From assembly GCA_964344485.1 (NCBI GenBank), contig CAYFNF010000001.1, forward strand, positions 18,335 to 82,334: a DNA stretch of 64,000 nucleotides, in the 5' to 3' direction. This document shows, piece after piece, positions 48,781-56,660 of the stretch. The translations under genes and the position numbers were made by a program. A model generated the notes under the pieces. The model was not told the origin of the DNA. It worked only from the letters and a program-made list of their open reading frames with translations, and made no database searches. The DNA is from an uncultured Gammaproteobacteria bacterium (GTDB lineage: Bacteria > Patescibacteriota > Patescibacteriia > UBA9570 > XYC2-FULL-38-9). The stretch's first letter is position 1, and each line of letters opens with the position of its first letter.

Positions 48781-49584
48781 ATGGATAGCATGACAGATAA
48801 AAGAATCGTTTTCGATATAGAGACCAAGAAGACGTTTGATGAAGTCGGGGGGCATGAGAATCAGGCAGAGCTAGGCGTATCGTATGTTGGTGTGTATTCC
48901 TATACACAACAGAAGCCGTTCGGCTTTTTTGAGAATGATTTGGATAAACTAGAGAAGATACTGCAAACAGAGAAACCTATGTTGATTGGGTTTAACTCTA
49001 TACATTTTGACGTGCCTGTGTTACAGCCGTACTTTAAAAATTTTGATCTGACCACATTGCCACATTTGGATATGTTAAAGGAGATAGAGAAGAGTTTGGG
49101 GCATCGAGTGAAGCTAGATAGTGTTGCAGACGCAACGTTATATGAAGGGAAGTCCGGCTCGGGACTAGATGCGATTCGATGGTTCCGTGAAGGAGACTTT
49201 GAGTCGCTGGTCAAGTACTGCATGGATGATGTGCGCATTACCAGAGATCTCTATGAATATGGACTTCGGCATGGGCGGATATTCTATCCAACTGGCGGTG
49301 AGTATAAACCGATTGATATTGGTTGGGGTGAGCACCCGACTATTCGGGAGCAGCTAGAAGAGGCGTTCAAGAAGCACGTGCAAATTGATATCGAGTATTT
49401 TGATGTGGATCAGGATCGTAGTAAAGAGAATGTGGCACGCACTATTGAGATTTTGTCATTTGACGGAGAGCATTTTGATGCGTTCTGCCATCACTCGAAC
49501 GACAAAAAGCGATACCACCTCTCTCGAGTGTGGGAGATAAAAGATACTGGCGATACTTTTGCGCACCAAGGGTCGCTGTTCTAG
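48781..49584 (+). CDS. DEDDy-type 3'-5' exonuclease (PolA/PolB-exo-like)
   Basis: Exo I (IVFDIE), Exo II (FNSIHFDVPVL) and Exo III (YCMDDVRITRDLY) motifs. Confidence 0.6.
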   Translation: MDSMTDKRIVFDIETKKTFDEVGGHENQAELGVSYVGVYSYTQQKPFGFFENDLDKLEKILQTEKPMLIGFNSIHFDVPVLQPYFKNFDLTTLPHLDMLKEIEKSLGHRVKLDSVADATLYEGKSGSGLDAIRWFREGDFESLVKYCMDDVRITRDLYEYGLRHGRIFYPTGGEYKPIDIGWGEHPTIREQLEEAFKKHVQIDIEYFDVDQDRSKENVARTIEILSFDGEHFDAFCHHSNDKKRYHLSRVWEIKDTGDTFAHQGSLF

Positions 49585-49865
49585 AGCAAGGTCATTACAT
49601 TTGCTGCTATACGAAGACGCTGAAATAGCGTTTTTTTGGTTGTAGCTTGAGGAAGCGCTGGAGTTACCGCTGGTTTTTTCTTTTGCGCAATAGAGAGGTT
49701 GTTCGTTACTACGCGAATACTGGGGCCAAATAACTCAATGAGCACCTTTTCAGGCATGCGTTGAAGTTGTCCTGCAGTGTGAATATCTAAATCATGGAGT
49801 ACTTGTGCGGTACGTACACCGATTCCAGGGAGAAATTGTACAGGAGTGTTTGATGCAAACGACAT
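49581..49865 (-). pseudogene. Remnant of a Y-family DNA polymerase (DinB/UmuC thumb-HhH region only)
   Basis: FLPGIGVRTAQVLHDLDIHTAGQL is the Y-family HhH/thumb signature. Only 94 aa; no palm or fingers domains anywhere nearby. Located immediately downstream of lexA. Confidence 0.45.
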
Positions 49866-49869
49866 AGAT

Positions 49870-50508
49870 TTAGAATTTACGGATGATGCCCACTACTTTC
49901 CCTTGAATCACAACGTTTTTTACTTTTATCGGCGGGTACTTTTTATTTCGTGGTTGTAACCGAATATATGTTTTCTCTTTATGAAACTCTTTCAACGTTG
50001 CAGAGCCGTCTTCCAGGAGCGCGACGACAATATCTCCGTCATTTGCCATGTCTTTCTTTTCTACTACTACAAAGTCGCCGTCATCTATAAAGCTTTCGAT
50101 CATTGAGTCTCCTTTGACCTTTAATACATAGCAGTCCGGACGTTGTGCTAGTTCGCGGGGCACGGTGAGCATTTGAGTGCGGTCTTCCACTGCTTCAATT
50201 GGAGCACCAGCAGTAATTAACCCTGCAATAGGGAGCTGTACTGAAGAACCTTCTATAAAGACATCTTCTGCTGTTGATCCGTCTGATAATGTACTCTCTT
50301 TTGTATTGATAATCTCTATATCTCTTCCGTCACGTTTAATAAACCCGTGTTTTTCCAGATAGCCCAAGTGCTCATGGACGGTTGCTGGAGATGATAGTTT
50401 AAACTTTTTAGCTATATCACGCAGAGTAGGGGCGTATCCACGATCTTGAATATACTCCTTTAAATACTCCAAGATCTTCTGTTTTTTCTTTGGAAGCATT
50501 GTAGGCAT
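49870..50508 (-). CDS. lexA: LexA repressor (S24 peptidase)
   Basis: N-terminal wHTH (LRDIAKKFKLSSPATVHEHL), AG cleavage site, GDSM Ser and downstream Lys of the S24 fold. Confidence 0.9.
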   Translation of the reverse strand: MPTMLPKKKQKILEYLKEYIQDRGYAPTLRDIAKKFKLSSPATVHEHLGYLEKHGFIKRDGRDIEIINTKESTLSDGSTAEDVFIEGSSVQLPIAGLITAGAPIEAVEDRTQMLTVPRELAQRPDCYVLKVKGDSMIESFIDDGDFVVVEKKDMANDGDIVVALLEDGSATLKEFHKEKTYIRLQPRNKKYPPIKVKNVVIQGKVVGIIRKF

Positions 50509-50544
50509 ATATTTCAGGGTTAATAGTGATTATATACACCGTAC

Positions 50545-50600
50545 CCGAACAAAACCCGAATGTCAAATATCACCTGTGGATAACCGAATAAAACCCGAAT
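50545..50600. promoter_or_regulatory. Two copies of a GAAC/GAAT-N7-GAAT direct-repeat motif (CCGAAyAAAACCCGAAT) upstream of lexA; candidate LexA operator
   Basis: Read directly. It resembles, in reverse complement, the alphaproteobacterial GTTC-N7-GTTC LexA box. Confidence 0.3.
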
Positions 50601-50799
50601 AAGTATTGACTTCCGTGCAGTTGCGTAATAACGTGACAGTCTGAGAAATCAGATTAGGTCCAACAATTTGTATCCTCTTCTCCACTATAGCTGAAAGTAG
50701 AAGTGCGTAACTCCTATTTTCAACTGTATTGGATGGACGGAACAACGAGAATGGCCCAAGAACGGACGGGCCAGTGACGCCTCGGAGGAGGGCGACAAC

Positions 50800-51249
50800 A
50801 TGATTGTGAGACCGAGTGACGAGTACGTGGGAGACGCCTACGTCTTCCAGGTGGACGGGCAGTGGTTCGAGGCCCTGCCGTTCGTCAAGCCGGACGACAA
50901 GGGTCCGGACGACCGCCAGAGCGTGGACGGCCGCACCATGCTGGAGCGCGTGCCCGTGAGCGATGCCCAGGGCACCAAGGCGCAGGGCCAGCTGTGCATG
51001 GAGCACCAGCTCGACATGAGCGTGCTCACGCACAAGCCGCTGGGCCAGCGCGGGATGACCGTGACCGGTGTCGTGCACCTGGTGTTCGCGAACTGGGAGG
51101 CACAGCCCATCGTGGACGGGCTCACCGAGCTGTTCTACGACGCCGGGCAGTGGAGGCCGGGCAGCATGAGTCTGGGTAGCCAGTTCTTCGCGCACCACCG
51201 AGTGGTCCGCCCCTGCGACCCGCCGCCCGAGGCCGGTGACGCGAGCTGA
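50800..51249 (+). CDS. Hypothetical protein, high-GC island gene
   Basis: SD GGAGGAGG 8 nt upstream; abrupt GC increase at ~50740. The minus-strand ORF 50563..51198 crosses the GC boundary and is rejected. Confidence 0.4.
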   Translation: MIVRPSDEYVGDAYVFQVDGQWFEALPFVKPDDKGPDDRQSVDGRTMLERVPVSDAQGTKAQGQLCMEHQLDMSVLTHKPLGQRGMTVTGVVHLVFANWEAQPIVDGLTELFYDAGQWRPGSMSLGSQFFAHHRVVRPCDPPPEAGDAS

Positions 51250-51486
51250 GGCACTGGACCTCTTTTTTTATTTTCATACTTTGTAGGATATGTTTCTAAG
51301 CGCTTAACAGCACAGAAAAAGCTGAAAAATCGCATTAATGTAATCTTCGTCATTTCTTTAAAAAAAGAGCGGTTTTTCTATTGACAACATATGCACAGAA
51401 ATGTCTTGACATATACTATTCCTCTACTACTATGGGTATCACGCACGCAGATCCTCTGGACATGGAGGTGGAAGGGAGTGTGCATT

Positions 51487-52890
51487 ATGTCGAAAACCGC
51501 GTTGGTTTTCGGAGGTGTTGGCTTGGTGGGCGGAGAGGTCATCCGCCTGCTGGCCAGTCAGTTCAACCTGAGCATCGTGGTCTGCGATCGCAGGCCACCC
51601 GAGGAGGAGATCGACGGCGTGGTCTACGTGACCGGTGACCACGTCAACGTGTTCAGTCGTTCGTTCGTGGACGACATGATCGCGCAGCACGCCCCGGCCC
51701 TGATCGTGGACGCGGTCAACATCGCGAGCATCGCGAGCCGGAGCGGCGACCTGGAACAGATGGTCCGCGCCTACTGCTTCAACGTGATTCGGCCCACGAT
51801 CCGGCGTGGCATCACATGGATCGACATCGGCACGGTCGCGACCGGCGGCCTGGGCCTCGAGATCCCGTACACCCACAACGAGGAGTCCGACGGTGGGATC
51901 GCCCCCGGGCTGATCCTCAAGAACGAGGCGGCCGAGATCCACGGCGGGTTCCTGGACCTGTTCGGTCGTACACCCGGCATGCGCGTGGGACGCGTGATCC
52001 CCAGGGGCATGATCGGCTTCGAGACGCCGACGTTCGGCGCCATGACCGTGGCGCACCTGAACGGCACCCCGACGCGCTACCGCAGCATCCGCGTGGACGT
52101 GGCCGACGCGCAGGCCGTGACGTTCGTGCCCCTGGGCGAGTACCAGGACGTGGGTGTCCGGTGCGGTGAGAACGGCCAGTTCGGGGTCGAGGAGACCATC
52201 GCGATCACCGCGATCGGCCAGATGGAATCCGTGACCGCGCAGGCCGTGGCCCGTGGGTGCGGCCGTGTCTACGGCTGTCTGCTCTCGGGTGCCGGCGAGT
52301 ACGTGCAGTGCAACATCGACCCGGACCTGACGTCCTTCGCCGCGCGCAACCGCGTGATCAAGCGCATGAACGACCTGTCCGGTCGGCACCGCGTGCACAG
52401 CATCGCGTTCGGCAACCTGGGCCCGTACATCACGTGCGACCTGTGGGAGCTCCACGTGCTGGCGCGTCACGGCTTCACGCCGCAGAACCTGGCCGAGTTC
52501 GAGGGCGCGGTCCTGTGGCAGGACGAAGTCATCGAGGAGATGGCCACCTGGCTCCCGGGCCTGGGCATTCCCATCGCCATGGACGGGCATCTGTACCCCG
52601 CGTTCCAGGGCGAGGTCGAGCTGAGCCGCGACGACGTGGCCGAGCAGATCCAGGCCGTGACCACGGGCAACGAGCCCAAGCTGTGGTACGTGGACCTGCG
52701 CACCGAGCGCGTGCTCCACTGGGCCAGGATCGCGAGACAGATCCAGCAGGCCGATCCGGAGGACTACCCCCGGAGCCACCTGCCGCTTTCCGCGGGCAAG
52801 CTGGTCCGCCCCGGTTCCTTCTGGGCCGCGTACCAGACCGTGACCGGGCACAGCCGCAACGCGTACAGCGAAGGCGCGCGCTACGTCTAG
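51487..52890 (+). CDS. NAD(P)-binding Rossmann-fold protein (saccharopine-dehydrogenase-like N-terminus), high-GC island gene
   Basis: ALVFGGVGLVGGEV GxGxxG at the N-terminus; SD GGAGGTGGAAGGGAG upstream; AT-rich spacer with TTGACA boxes upstream; hairpin plus T7 terminator at 52924-52956. Confidence 0.5.
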   Translation: MSKTALVFGGVGLVGGEVIRLLASQFNLSIVVCDRRPPEEEIDGVVYVTGDHVNVFSRSFVDDMIAQHAPALIVDAVNIASIASRSGDLEQMVRAYCFNVIRPTIRRGITWIDIGTVATGGLGLEIPYTHNEESDGGIAPGLILKNEAAEIHGGFLDLFGRTPGMRVGRVIPRGMIGFETPTFGAMTVAHLNGTPTRYRSIRVDVADAQAVTFVPLGEYQDVGVRCGENGQFGVEETIAITAIGQMESVTAQAVARGCGRVYGCLLSGAGEYVQCNIDPDLTSFAARNRVIKRMNDLSGRHRVHSIAFGNLGPYITCDLWELHVLARHGFTPQNLAEFEGAVLWQDEVIEEMATWLPGLGIPIAMDGHLYPAFQGEVELSRDDVAEQIQAVTTGNEPKLWYVDLRTERVLHWARIARQIQQADPEDYPRSHLPLSAGKLVRPGSFWAAYQTVTGHSRNAYSEGARYV

Positions 52891-52923
52891 GCAGGACACG
52901 TCCTGCACGGGCGTGACCAACAA

Positions 52924-52956
52924 CCTCATGGGATGAGGAGCCTACGAGGTTTTTTT
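52924..52956 (+). terminator. Intrinsic terminator CCTCAT-GGG-ATGAGG followed by T7
   Basis: Read directly, downstream of the island gene stop. Confidence 0.5.
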
Positions 52957-53072
52957 AATTCCGTAATATTTCGCTCTGAATAGCGAAAAAATGCGGTTTC
53001 CGCAGCTTTAGCACGCAAAAAGTAGCAATTACTGCGACGCAGGGAAAGCGTGATTTTCCACCTGTAGAACTT

Positions 53073-53101
53073 GACATTTCAAGCTTTTTTTTATACGATT
53101 G
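53073..53101 (+). promoter_or_regulatory. Promoter-like TTGACA-N17-TACGAT in the AT-rich spacer ahead of a high-GC gene; a 7-bp hairpin ACTCGCC..GGCGAGT lies in the leader
   Basis: Read directly. Confidence 0.35.
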
Positions 53102-53188
53102 GTTACTCGCCCTGGAATAATGGCGAGTCCAAACTGGGGAACGATCAACGTATCGACGATAGTATATTCCACCAGACGGGAGAAGGTA

Positions 53189-53604
53189 TGCTGGCACCTG
53201 ACGCAGCAGACCACGTCCGACAAAGCGCATTCATGCGCTACCTGAGCCGCCTCATGATGCTGCGCGGCATCGGGGCGTCGGACCTCACCGATCGACTGAT
53301 GGTGGCCGATGACGGCCCCACGGTCCAACGCGCAGCGCAAGACCAGCTCTTGCTCAAGTCCACGACAGCGCTTCCGCGAGACGTGGTGCGCAGCCTGCCG
53401 GCCGAGGAGCACATCCAGGACATGCTCGACAACGCCGAGCTTCTGGAGGCCATCCACGACCTGGCGCAGGCAGCAGCACGCAGTGCGGTACAGGCAACTG
53501 GACACGACGTGGACTGGGTCCAGATCCTGAACGTGGACCTGGCGACGAGCTTCGCGGTCGCGCGGCGACTGTTCGGTGATGCCCGCATGGAGGGCAGAGC
53601 CTGA
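53189..53604 (+). CDS. Hypothetical small protein (possible regulator), high-GC island gene
   Basis: SD GGGAGAAGG before the ATG at 53189; high GC. Confidence 0.35.
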
Positions 53605-53681
53605 CCTGATCGGACGGTCAACTGCAACCCACACCTGAGGCCGAAGAGAGAGACGACCATCAGGCTTTTTTATACCCAAAT

Positions 53682-53708
53682 AAAAAAAGCGGCACGAAGC
53701 CGCTTTTA
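53682..53708. terminator. Bidirectional intrinsic terminator GCGGC-ACGAA-GCCGC between an A7 and a T4 run
   Basis: Perfect 5-bp GC stem flanked by A and T runs. Confidence 0.6.
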
Positions 53709-53718
53709 TGTATATCAC

Positions 53719-54198
53719 TTATTCAGTACAGCCGTCAGTATCGATACAGTTATCAATGATATGTACCATGTCAGTTGTATAGTCGTCTTTCCACTTGTCT
53801 AGATTATCTGCCTCTCCATAGATACCGAGGTCAATTAAGTTTTCTTCGCGATCATTTTCCACTGTATCTCTCATGTCGTTTACTTTGTTCTCTGCAATTT
53901 CTTCTGCGCGTTCATCAACATGAACATTGAACTGCCCCTCGTCAAAATATGCTGAAGGACCGAGTACAGCGTCAGGATTTGTTTCTAGATATTCTTTTAT
54001 TTGTTCATCTACAAGTGCATTTAGTTTAGCTTTATTTATGCCCGTGCCAGCATAAGATTGTTGTGACATCATGAAGAATGCTGCCGCACTTCCTCCAACT
54101 AAAATCACTGCGGCTGCAACCGCGACACCGATTTTAGTTTTAGTTCGTGTTACCGTGGTGGTTTGTTCCATGTTTTTATGGTTACGTATTTGTTTCAA
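53719..54198 (-). CDS. Membrane-anchored hypothetical protein (host-like composition)
   Basis: N-terminal TM helix; acidic C-terminal domain. Confidence 0.4.
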   Translation of the reverse strand: MKQIRNHKNMEQTTTVTRTKTKIGVAVAAAVILVGGSAAAFFMMSQQSYAGTGINKAKLNALVDEQIKEYLETNPDAVLGPSAYFDEGQFNVHVDERAEEIAENKVNDMRDTVENDREENLIDLGIYGEADNLDKWKDDYTTDMVHIIDNCIDTDGCTE

Positions 54199-54347
54199 TT
54201 ATATACCTTTGAGCATAGAATACAAATGCGACTGGCTACATTGTTGATAACTGTTTATTAGTTATTCGAATAAAAAAAAGAGGTGCGTGCTCCTCCGGCA
54301 ATCAAACCTCTAGCCCCTGTGCAACGGGCTTGGGTCTACGCCGTGGA

Positions 54348-55679
54348 TCAGCTGTCCTCGGACCCGCTGTCCTGCAGGTAGGTGCGCTCGACGTAGAAGA
54401 AGCGCGACACCGCGATGTAGGCCAGGGCCATGACGACCATGAAGGCCGCGAAGAACAGGTAGTACGTCGGACCGCTCATGTTCGTCAGCGTCTCGCTGGA
54501 GCTGATGACCCAGTTCACCGCGGCGGTGAACAGGTTGCCCAGCGCGATTGCGACGCAGAACAGTCCGAAGACCAGGCTCTTCAGCTTGGGCGGTGCCTGG
54601 GTGTAGAAGAACTCCAGGGCGGTGCCGTAGGTCAGCGTTTCGCCGATGGACAGGATCAGCCAGGCGAGCATCTGCCACTTGAGGTTGAGCACCACGTCGG
54701 CGTCCAGCTGCGACTGGATCCAGGCCGCGAGCACGAACGAGCCGGCCGCGAAGAACAGGCCGGTGCCGATCTTGCGGATCGCGGTGAACTCCACGACGTG
54801 GTTGATCCACTTGTAGACCCAGCGGTTGAAGACGAACACCAGCACGATGATCATCACCGGGTTCACCATCGGGACCTGCGCCGGGAGCCACTTGAAGCCC
54901 AGGAAGTGCAGGTCCATCTCCTTGGCCTGCAGCACCCAGCGCGACGCGCCCTGGTCGTAGAGGCTGAAGAACCCCGTGATGAAGACGAGCAGCATGGAGA
55001 TGCGTGCCAGCACCACGAGGGTCTCGCGGGTGAAGACCTCGCGGCGGAAGGACGGCCAGTCCGGCGGGGTGTGGTTGTAGTGGTGCCGCCCCAGCCAGAA
55101 GATGAAGATGGCCACGAGCATCAGCACCGCCGGGATGCCGAACGCCACGCGCGGACCGAACCACTCCAGCATGAACGGGCTGATCACCGAGGAGAGGAAC
55201 CCCCCGGCCTGGATGCCCATGTAGAAGTAGCTGATGCCCTTGTCCAGCAGGCTGGCGTTCTCCTTGCTGTACAGGTCGCCGACCATGGCGACCATGCAGG
55301 GCTTGATGCCGCCCGAGCCGAGCGCGATCAGGCCCAGGCCCAGGTACAGGCCGAGCCGCGTCTGGTCCATCGCCAGGACGATGCAGCCCGCGGCGTAGAC
55401 CAGGGAGAGGCTGAGCACGGTCTTGTATTTCCCGATCAGCAGGTCCGCCAGGAAGCTGCCCAGCAGCGGGCAGAAGTAGTTGGCGAACGCGAACAGGTGG
55501 AACACCACCGCGGACTCTTCCTCGCTCATGGGTGAGAGCACACCGGCCCGGTTCACGATGTAGTCGGTCATGTAGACCACGAGGATCGACCTCATCGCGT
55601 AGTAGGTGTAGCGCTCTGCTGCTTCGTTGCCGACCAGGAACTTCAGTCCCGGCGGCATTCTCGTTTTGTTGGTTGTCAT
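54348..55679 (-). CDS. POT/PTR2-family proton-dependent di/tripeptide transporter, high-GC island gene
   Basis: GGIKPC, FYMGIQAGGF and a 12-14 TM layout typical of DtpT-like POT transporters. SD GGAGAG upstream (minus strand). GC by eye ~65%. Confidence 0.75.
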   Translation of the reverse strand: MTTNKTRMPPGLKFLVGNEAAERYTYYAMRSILVVYMTDYIVNRAGVLSPMSEEESAVVFHLFAFANYFCPLLGSFLADLLIGKYKTVLSLSLVYAAGCIVLAMDQTRLGLYLGLGLIALGSGGIKPCMVAMVGDLYSKENASLLDKGISYFYMGIQAGGFLSSVISPFMLEWFGPRVAFGIPAVLMLVAIFIFWLGRHHYNHTPPDWPSFRREVFTRETLVVLARISMLLVFITGFFSLYDQGASRWVLQAKEMDLHFLGFKWLPAQVPMVNPVMIIVLVFVFNRWVYKWINHVVEFTAIRKIGTGLFFAAGSFVLAAWIQSQLDADVVLNLKWQMLAWLILSIGETLTYGTALEFFYTQAPPKLKSLVFGLFCVAIALGNLFTAAVNWVISSSETLTNMSGPTYYLFFAAFMVVMALAYIAVSRFFYVERTYLQDSGSEDS

Positions 55680-55876
55680 CCCAACTCTCCTTTCCCTTGT
55701 GATTCACGTATCTGCACGTAATCACCGGACGTGGGGTGTAGAACGTTGTTGCTTTCCTCCGAAGCAAGTCCTTATCAAGGAACTCACTGCTAGAAAGCAG
55801 CTTGCACAGGCAGTCATTGAAGCAGAATTCGAGCTAATCCGTCAAGTTTTTACTAGTAAAATGATTAATATAAAAT

Positions 55877-55897
55877 CCCCGGAGAAATCCGGGGATT
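55877..55897 (-). terminator. Intrinsic terminator CCCCGGA-GAAA-TCCGGGG followed by a T-rich tract on the minus strand (downstream of the M23 gene)
   Basis: Perfect 7-bp stem with a GAAA tetraloop. Confidence 0.6.
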
Positions 55898-55901
55898 GAA
55901 G

Positions 55902-56399
55902 TTATGGTAGTGTGACAAATTGTAAAGGATTCACGAAGTGCTTTTTTTTCTTAATCATGAAGTGTAGATGTGGTCCAGTGCTTCTATACGATCCTTTGGT
56001 ACCTGGCTTGCCACCGCTCAAAGCAATAAGTTGTCCAGCAGTAACTCTATCGCCTTTTTTTACATAGACTTTGTTGAGTTGCGCGTAGACAGATTTGTAT
56101 TTCTTATTGTGCTTGATGACAATACGTGCAGGCCGTTTTTTATGACGCTTCTTTGGCTTGTTCACCTTAATCACTTTCCCATCTGCTGCTGCATACACTT
56201 CACTTTTTTGTGGAATTGCTAGGTCGATCCCTTTATGATTACGAAAAGGGTATCCGATCATGAAGCCAAATGGTTGAGTGAGAAAAGCTTCTTCTTGAAT
56301 GGGCGCCTCCCATTCAATCGCTGCGTCTGCGTGATTCGGTAGAATCACAATTGATAGAACGAATAGTGCTACGAATAACACTAATGGTTTTTTTAACAT
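55902..56399 (-). CDS. M23-family metallopeptidase (LytM-like)
   Basis: Signal peptide; HKGIDLAIP ... GPHLHF motifs. Confidence 0.8.
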   Translation of the reverse strand: MLKKPLVLFVALFVLSIVILPNHADAAIEWEAPIQEEAFLTQPFGFMIGYPFRNHKGIDLAIPQKSEVYAAADGKVIKVNKPKKRHKKRPARIVIKHNKKYKSVYAQLNKVYVKKGDRVTAGQLIALSGGKPGTKGSYRSTGPHLHFMIKKKKHFVNPLQFVTLP

Positions 56400-56625
56400 A
56401 TAAGATGTTAATGGATTAGTTAGATTGTCAAAGTGCGAAACGCATCATGATACGCAGTGAACAAGGCTAGCATAGATAGCTAAAACCGCAACACTAGAAT
56501 TATGTGGATAATCAGAACAAGATTACCCTTGTATTTACTATGTCACTGGTCGATTTTGGAAAAAAGGGCTCGGATCAGAAAGGGTGTTTTTTTTCGTTTC
56601 AATGAGCGTATACTTGAAAGCGACC

Positions 56626-56654
56626 TTGCAAAAAAGCAAAAAAAATGGTAAAAT
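56626..56654 (+). promoter_or_regulatory. Promoter TTGCAA-N17-TAAAAT with a TGn extended -10, giving a leaderless mRNA for the S8 protease
   Basis: The -10 ends 6 nt before the ATG at 56661; no SD. Confidence 0.5.
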
Positions 56655-56660
56655 GCTTGT

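Noticed and set aside
50606-50634. TTGACT-N17-TAACGT promoter-like element on the plus strand upstream of the first high-GC island gene
   Set aside because: The -10 is poor and it lies about 170 nt from the ATG. It cannot be distinguished from chance in AT-rich DNA. The lexA promoter should be on the minus strand in the same region.
50563-51198. Minus-strand ORF (211 aa) and nested plus-strand ORF 50862..51179 in the high-GC island
   Set aside because: Proline/Arg/Gly/Ala-rich low-complexity translations typical of wrong-frame GC-rich DNA; the minus ORF crosses the compositional boundary at about 50740.
51439-52929. 496-aa minus-strand ORF and the overlapping ORFs 51771..52067, 51816..52169, 52257..52916 and 52467..52703
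   Set aside because: They are antisense to, or out of frame with, the plus-strand Rossmann-fold gene, which has a GxGxxG N-terminus, SD, promoter-like spacer and terminator. The alternative translations are low-complexity, Arg/Pro/Gly-rich.
54310-55767. 485-aa minus-strand ORF in another frame and plus-strand ORF 54330..55535 over the POT transporter
   Set aside because: The frame 54348..55679 gives a clean POT-family membrane protein with signature motifs; the others are Arg/Gly/Pro-rich artefacts of high GC.
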